Origin: Zestosphaera tikiterensis
GTDB taxonomy: Archaea; Thermoproteota; Thermoprotei_A; Sulfolobales; NBVN01
Length of the DNA: 32,000 bases
Assembly (NCBI GenBank): GCA_003056265.1
Contig: NBVN01000002.1
Coordinates: 90,001 to 122,000 of the forward strand
Direction: 5' to 3'
Shown here: positions 26,539 through 32,000 of the stretch, in pieces
Layout of the letters: every line of letters starts with the position of its first letter
Position numbering within the stretch: the first letter of the stretch is position 1
Made by a program: the position numbers and the translations under genes
Notes under the pieces: generated by a model
What the model was told of the DNA's origin: nothing
What the model saw: only the letters and a program-made list of their open reading frames with translations
Databases searched by the model: none

Positions 26539-27210
26539 ATGGAGGAATCTTGGGCAGGACCGCTTTATAGGGGGAAGTTTCTATTTACAATATTTACAAT
26601 AGGGAGTTATGATGTGTGAAGCATACTTAGCTGGATTAATAGCTGCTGATGGACACATTAATCCTAAGGATTACTCGATAACAATATATACGGGTGATCT
26701 TGGGAGAGCACAGACTATAAAGAATATGCTGGAAAAGCTAACCTGCAATAAAGTTAGTATCAGAAACCATAATGGAGCATATGAAGTCACTGTAACAGAT
26801 AAGAAGCTTACATTAAAGTTTTCCACTAAATACATGATCCCTATTGGTAGGAAGTCTGAACAAATAATATTACCAACAACCAATATTAATAAGAGGGAAT
26901 TATTAGAATTCATAGCTGGATACTTTGATGGTGACGGCTCAATATACAGACGTATACATAGGGCAAGGGATGGTAGAATCAGAGTTTACTACGAGGTAAA
27001 AGTTAAGAGTAAGAGCTTATACTTCCTTAATCAATTGAGAAACCTACTTGCCTCATACAACATAGTTTCTCGTGTGAAAGTATATAAAAACATGATTCCG
27101 TACCTTGTTGTTTCACGTAAAGGCGATGTTATACGGTTCTTTAGAATTTTTAAACCAAGATTTAAAAACCTTTAAAACCCCTAAACCCTGCCTGGGATCC
27201 TCCACCCCAA
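26539..27210 (+). mobile_element. 16S intron 2 (about 672 nt) carrying a LAGLIDADG ORF
   Basis: It interrupts CCGGGGTA|GGGGCGAAATCCGATAATCCCGGGAGGACCACCAGTGGCGAAGGCG. The interior is AT-rich. The terminal helix is GGAGGAATCTTGGGCAGG / CCTGCCTGGGATCCTCC. Confidence 0.85.
26609..27175 (+). CDS. LAGLIDADG homing endonuclease, double-motif
   Basis: Motifs YLAGLIAADGHI and FIAGYFDGDGSI about 100 aa apart; 188 aa. Located wholly inside the intron. Confidence 0.85.
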   Translation: MMCEAYLAGLIAADGHINPKDYSITIYTGDLGRAQTIKNMLEKLTCNKVSIRNHNGAYEVTVTDKKLTLKFSTKYMIPIGRKSEQIILPTTNINKRELLEFIAGYFDGDGSIYRRIHRARDGRIRVYYEVKVKSKSLYFLNQLRNLLASYNIVSRVKVYKNMIPYLVVSRKGDVIRFFRIFKPRFKNL

Positions 27211-27295
27211 GGGGCGAAATCCGATAATCCCGGGAGGACCACCAGTGGCGAAGGCGCTCGGCTGGAACGCCCCCGACGGTGAGGGGCGAAAGCCG

Positions 27296-27329
<34 letters not shown>

Positions 27330-27430
27330 CGGCTGTAAACGATGCGGGCTAGCTGTTGGACGGGCTTAGAGCCCGTCCAGTGGCGCAGGGAAGCCGTTAA
27401 GCCCGCCGCCTGGGGAGTACGGCCGCAAGG

Positions 27431-27474
<44 letters not shown>

Positions 27475-27589
27475 GCCTGCGGCTCAATTGGAGTCAACGC
27501 CAGGAATCTTACCGGGGGCGACAGCAGGATGATGGCCAGGCTAACGACCTTGCCGGACACGCTGAGAGGAGGTGCATGGCCGTCGCCAG

Positions 27590-27631
27590 ACACGCCTATG
27601 GCAAGATCAAGGATGCCATGGCGTGGGCGAA
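27590..27631 (+). other. 16S mini-intron 3 (about 42 nt)
   Basis: It interrupts GCATGGCCGTCGCCAG|CTCGTGTTGTGAAATGT. Internal hairpin ACGCC(T)ATGGCA / TGCCATGGCGT. The 5' exon TCGCC pairs with the intron 3' end GGCGA. Confidence 0.75.
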
Positions 27632-27776
27632 CTCGTGTTGTGAAATGTCTGGTTAAGTCCAGCAACGAGCGAGACCCCCACCCCTAGTTGCTACCCGGCT
27701 CTTTTGGGTCGGGGCACACTAGGGGGACTGCCGCCGTTAAAGGCGGAGGAAGGAGGGGGCCACGGCAGGTCAGCAT

Positions 27777-27808
27777 AAGGGTCTGGCTTTAAGGCCGACC
27801 CTGCTGAA
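27777..27808 (+). other. 16S mini-intron 4 (about 32 nt)
   Basis: It interrupts GGCAGGTCAGCAT|GCCCCGAAACCCCCGGGCTGCACGCGGGCTACAATGG. The 5' exon CAGCA pairs with the intron 3' end TGCTG. Internal stem GGGTC/GACCC. Confidence 0.7.
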
Positions 27809-27965
27809 GCCCCGAAACCCCCGGGCTGCACGCGGGCTACAATGGCGGGGACAGCGGGATCCGACCCCGAAAGGGGGAGGTAATCCCTCAAACCCCGCCG
27901 TAGTTGGGATCGAGGACTGTAACTCGTCCTCGTGAACGAGGAATCCCTAGTAACCGCGCGTCAAC

Positions 27966-28016
<51 letters not shown>

Positions 28017-28083
28017 TCCGAGTGAAGAGGGGGTGAGGCCCACTCTGCCGGGGTTTCCCGGTAGGGTGGGTCGAACCTCCTCT

Positions 28084-28289
<206 letters not shown>

Positions 28290-28679
28290 GAGGCGTCGGC
28301 GCGAAGCCGTCTGGTGGATGGCTCGGCTCGGGCGCCGATGAAGGGCGCGGCAAGCGGCGATATGCCCGGGGTAGGCGCAAGCAGCCGTCGAACCCGGGAT
28401 TCCCGAATGGGACTTCCTGCTGAGGGTTAACAGCCCTCAGCGCCCCCATTCGGGGGCGGGAACCCCCCGAACGGAAACATCTTAGTAGGGGGAGGAAAAG
28501 AAATCAAATTGAGATCCCCTGAGTAGGGGCGACCGAAAGGGGGACAGCCCAAACCAAATCCCCACGGGATAACCGTGGGGAGATGTGGGGTTATCGGCTC
28601 CACGGCTGGGGCTCGACCCCAGCGAGCCGACCCACCGTAGCCGAAGTGGGCTGGAATGCCCCACCGTAGAGGGTGACAG

Positions 28680-28718
28680 TCTGGGGGCAGGCGTTGATTG
28701 CTCTGCCCTCAGGTCAAC
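28680..28718 (+). other. 23S mini-intron a (about 39 nt)
   Basis: It interrupts GAGGGTGACAG|TCCCGTAGGCTAAAC. Internal hairpin CTGGGGGCAG / CTGCCCTCAG. A lineage-specific expansion cannot be fully excluded. Confidence 0.55.
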
Positions 28719-29571
28719 TCCCGTAGGCTAAACGGTGGGGGCTCGTGCCGTGGAGCAGAGTACCACGGCTTGGTTTTGCCGTGGGAAGTCGGGGGTCACC
28801 GACCTCCAAGGCTAAATACGTCCCGAGACCGATAGCGCACTAAGTACCGTGAGGGAAAGCTGAAAAGTACCCCGGAAGGGGGGTGAAAAGAGCCTGAAAC
28901 CAGGCGGCTAATAACGGTGCGGCTCGAAAGGGGTGAATCCCCCCGAAGGAAAAACGGGTGACCGTTGAGTACGAGGGGGGAGGACCGGGGTCGCACCGTC
29001 CGTCTTGAAACACGGGCCGGGGAGTTCACGGCAGTGGCGAGCTTAAGGGGGTTAACCCCGAAGGCGTAGGGAAACCGACCTGCCCGCAGCGGGAAACCGT
29101 GAGGGGCGGGGTCTGCAAGGGCCTGGAGTCACTGCCGTGAGACCCGAAACCGGGCGATCTAGGCGGGGGTAGGGTGAAGCCGGGGGAAACCCCGGTGGAG
29201 GCCCGAAGGGGTGCTGACGTGCAATTCGCTCCTCTAACCTCCGCCTAGGGGCAAAAGACCAATCTAGCCCGGTGATAGCTGGTTCCCTCCGAAGTGTGTC
29301 TCAGCACAGCCCCGCTGGAGGTGGGTCACGGGGTAGAGCTACGGATTGAGGGTGCCGTGAGCCGGAAGGCTCCGGGCTCTCAGTCCAACTCCGAACCCGT
29401 GGCCACCGTAGAAGGCGGGAGTGGGGCGCCCCGGGGTAAGCCTGGGGGCCGAGAGGGGAACAACCCAGGCCGGGGTTAAGGCCCCAAAGTGCCGGCTAAG
29501 TGCCAAACGTAAAGGGCGTCCGCGGCCTAAGACAGCGGGAAGGTGGGCCTAACAGCAGCCATCCTCTAAAG

Positions 29572-29599
29572 GCAGGGCCTAAAACCCTGCCGGGGAGGG
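29572..29599 (+). other. 23S mini-intron b (about 28 nt) in the GTPase-associated-centre region
   Basis: It interrupts GCAGCCATCCTCTAAAG|AGTGCGTAA. Perfect 7-bp hairpin GGCAGGG/CCCTGCC. Exon CCTCT can pair with the intron 3' end GGAGG. Confidence 0.55.
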
Positions 29600-29608
29600 A
29601 GTGCGTAA

Positions 29609-30334
29609 GCCACTTATCTCTCCGCCAATTTTAAAATGAATCGTACTGCATAATAATGGGTCGAGTATGTAAAATGACTGAGAGGATATATTTAAAAGCA
29701 TATATTGCTGGTGCTTTAAGAGACGGTTACATTGGAAGGTATGTAGAAAGAAAGAATAGCAAGGAGCATTGGGTGCTGAGAATATATAGCAAGGATGTAG
29801 AATGGCTTAATGAATTGGTTAAAATACTCAAGTACGCATATGGATTTGAGACAAATGTGATAATCCCACATAGAGGTATACCGTATATAGAGAAATACTC
29901 AAAGAAAATAGTGGAGCATATCGCTAAAGAGTTAAACCACCCAATAGGTAAATCAATAAACTGGGACACGCCAATGTTCATTAAAAACACCAACGATAAG
30001 GGTATATGGAGGTATTACATAGCTGGATTCTTCGATGCAGAGGGTGGAGTGGATATAACTAAGAAGCAATTGAAGATATACCAATCATGGAGAGGTGAAG
30101 TATGTCCCCCATTAATGGATATAAAAGATAAGATGCTAACTCTTTTTGGAATAGAGAGTGGGGAAGTATCCAGGTACCCTAATAGAAGATACAACCCAAG
30201 ATTCGTTGTAAGAATAAAGAAAAAATACACATATATGTTTTACAAAACTTTCCCATTATTAAACCCATCTAAAATAAACAAGATCAAGCTCATTATTTAA
30301 ATCCTTTTAGGGCGGAGGGATGGTGGCCGCAAAA
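29609..30334 (+). mobile_element. 23S intron c (about 726 nt) carrying a LAGLIDADG ORF
   Basis: It interrupts AGTGCGTAA|CAGCTCACCCGCCGAGG. AT-rich interior. Terminal helix GCCACTTATCTCTCCGCC / GGCGGAGGGATGGTGGC. Confidence 0.85.
29656..30300 (+). CDS. LAGLIDADG homing endonuclease, double-motif (first motif degenerate)
   Basis: YIAGALRDGYI (degenerate) and YIAGFFDAEGGV; 214 aa. Inside the intron. Confidence 0.8.
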   Translation: MGRVCKMTERIYLKAYIAGALRDGYIGRYVERKNSKEHWVLRIYSKDVEWLNELVKILKYAYGFETNVIIPHRGIPYIEKYSKKIVEHIAKELNHPIGKSINWDTPMFIKNTNDKGIWRYYIAGFFDAEGGVDITKKQLKIYQSWRGEVCPPLMDIKDKMLTLFGIESGEVSRYPNRRYNPRFVVRIKKKYTYMFYKTFPLLNPSKINKIKLII

Positions 30335-31161
30335 CAGCTCACCCGCCGAGGCCGCGGGCCCCGAAAATACGTCGGGGCTTAAGCCGGCCGCCGAGACCCC
30401 GGGGCACGGCCTCCATGAGGCCGTGATCCGGTAGGAGGGCGTCGGGATGGGGTAGAAGTCGGGCCGTGAGGTCCGATGGACCCGTCCCGAGTGCGGATCC
30501 CGGCGGTAGTAACAGCAAAGTGGGGTGAGAATCCCCACGGCCGGAAGGGCCAGGGTTCCTCAGCAACGGTCGTCAGCTGAGGGTTAGCCGGTCCTAAGGC
30601 AGGCCGTAACTCGGTCCTGCCGAAAGGGAAACGGGTTAATATTCCCGTGCCGCGGAGGTAGGTGCGGCAACGCAAGCCCGAACCCTGACGCGTCGAGGTA
30701 GGCCGACCGAGGCAGCCGCCTCGGCTAACTACCCGAAGGCCGGGGAGTGCCGTAACGGCGAGAACCGGCTGAAGGGAGGAATGGCCCCCGTTAGGGGGTT
30801 CGGCCGAGCCTCGGCGCCCTTGAAAAGGGGTTCGGGAACGAACCTCCGCGACCGTACCGAGAACCGACACAGGTGCCCCTGGGTGAGGAGCCCAAGGCTT
30901 GTGGGGGCTAACCCAGGCTAGGGAACTCGGCAAATTAGCCCCGTAACTTCGGGATAAGGGGTGCCTGCGGTTCTGCGGAAAACCCGTGGAACCGCGGGTC
31001 GCAGTGACAAGGGGGTCCTGACTGTTTAATAAAAACATAGCTCCCCGCTAGTCCGAAAGGATTAGTACGGGGGGTGAATCCTGGCCACTGGCGGTACGTG
31101 AAGCCGGGGTACAACCCGGTGAAGCGCCGCTGAAGGCCGGGGGTAACTCTGACCCTCTTAA

Positions 31162-31745
31162 CGGGGGTCTCCCACCCGCTAGCAACACGGTAGTTTATAC
31201 TTATTACATGGGTGGAAAAGATGCAACTGGGACTGGTGAGGTAATGAGGCCAGAAATAATAGGATATGTTGTGGGCTTCATTGATGCTGAAGGGAGTTTC
31301 TCAGTGAGCGTGAAGTTACAGAAAGACGTTGTATATGGAGTGAGGCTTGATCCCGTCTTCAGCATAACTCAGCAAGGGAGGGAGCCTCTTGAAGTTATCG
31401 CTGATGTACTTAATGCGGGAAGAATAATTCGAAAGCCTGGTCAAAGACACCTGTGGTTGCTTATAGTAGATAGAATGAGTGAGCTGACTCAGAGCTTAAT
31501 ACCGTTCTTGGACAAATACAGGGATCTCCTTCTAGCTAAGAGAGAAATATATGAGCTGTTTAGGGAGATAGTCATTGGCTTGCATAGTGGAATGCATAAA
31601 AGACCTGCGGGTCTTAAGAAGCTTGTGACTTTATCTTACAGCCTCTCTAGATTGAACTCGAAGGCCCATAGAAAGAGGGCCCTTAAACAAATTTTAGAAA
31701 TAATCGATTCCCGTGTTGCCGAGTGGGGGGAGCCCCCGGGAGATA
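31162..31745 (+). mobile_element. 23S intron d (about 584 nt) carrying a single-motif LAGLIDADG ORF
   Basis: It interrupts GGGTAACTCTGACCCTCTTAA|GGTAGCCAAATGCCTTGCC. Terminal helix CGGGGGTCTCC / GGAGCCCCCG. Confidence 0.85.
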
Positions 31746-31750
31746 GGTAG
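31208..31750 (+). CDS. LAGLIDADG homing endonuclease, single-motif (I-CreI/I-CeuI-like, predicted homodimer)
   Basis: Only one motif, VVGFIDAEGSF, near the N-terminus. 180 aa, with an overall pattern reminiscent of I-CreI-type enzymes. The stop codon TAG (31748-31750) falls in the inferred 3' exon. Confidence 0.75.
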   Translation: MGGKDATGTGEVMRPEIIGYVVGFIDAEGSFSVSVKLQKDVVYGVRLDPVFSITQQGREPLEVIADVLNAGRIIRKPGQRHLWLLIVDRMSELTQSLIPFLDKYRDLLLAKREIYELFREIVIGLHSGMHKRPAGLKKLVTLSYSLSRLNSKAHRKRALKQILEIIDSRVAEWGEPPGDR

Positions 31751-31771
31751 CCAAATGCCTTGCCGGGTAAG

Positions 31772-31816
31772 GCAGGCACCACGTATTGCATAATATGTGG
31801 TGTCTGCCCTCGACAG
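31772..31816 (+). other. 23S mini-intron e (about 45 nt)
   Basis: It interrupts ATGCCTTGCCGGGTAAG|TTCCGGCGCGCATGAATGG. Internal hairpin GCAGGCACCAC / GTGGTGTCTGC with an AT-rich loop. Confidence 0.75.
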
Positions 31817-32000
31817 TTCCGGCGCGCATGAATGGATCAACGAGGGCCCCACTGTCCCAGCCTGGGACCCCGTGAAGCCCACGGGGCTGGTGCACAGGCC
31901 AGCATCCCCCCGTAGGGAGAGAAGACCTCGTGGAGCTTTACCGCAGCCTGGCGTTGGTTCTCGGGTTGCGGTGCGTAGCGTAGGCGGGAGGCTGTGAACC

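Larger units (their letters stand above)
28290..32000 (+). rRNA. 23S rRNA gene, 5' portion (truncated by the window edge), interrupted by five introns in the visible part
   Basis: GGTGGATGGCTCGGCTCGGGCGCCGATGAAGGGCG near the 5' end (start +/-15 nt). Conserved blocks are present (CCGATAGCGCACTAAGTACCGTGAGGGAAAG, GGTGATAGCTGGTTCCC, GACTGTTTAATAAAAACATAG, GCGCGCATGAATGGATCAACGAG, GAAGACCTCGTGGAGCTTTAC). Confidence 0.95.

Overview
This looks like a chromosomal segment from a hyperthermophilic crenarchaeon, probably Thermoproteales-like (Caldivirga/Vulcanisaeta type). That guess rests on the 16S sequence read by eye and on the intron-rich rRNA; it is not a database result. Protein-coding DNA is AT-rich, while RNA genes stand out as very GC-rich islands.

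Layout:
- 1-15 kb: mostly metabolic and transport genes. These are a ClC channel, a minus-strand cluster (RuBisCO-like protein, flavodoxin-like protein, saccharopine-dehydrogenase-like oxidoreductase, FGGY kinase, with a 4-OT tautomerase further downstream), a NitT/TauT-type ABC importer without a binding protein, an HTH_10 regulator, and ilvD coupled to a BASS-family transporter.
- 15-23 kb: an accessory-looking block of uncharacterised membrane and surface proteins. It holds a transglutaminase-like protein and a divergently transcribed paralogue, a SlaB-like coiled-coil anchor protein, and a tail-anchored protein. It ends in a decayed ORF next to tRNA-Val(GAC).
- 23-25.5 kb: a DHH phosphoesterase, a DUF359 dephospho-CoA kinase and a nicotinamidase.
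- 25.6-32 kb: a 16S-23S rRNA operon (23S truncated by the window edge) that I read as interrupted by nine archaeal introns. Four are in 16S and five are in the visible 23S. Three of them carry LAGLIDADG homing-endonuclease ORFs.

All protein family calls come from motif recognition in the supplied translations; no searches were run. Intron boundaries come from comparison with conserved rRNA core sequence recalled from memory and are good to about +/-3 nt.
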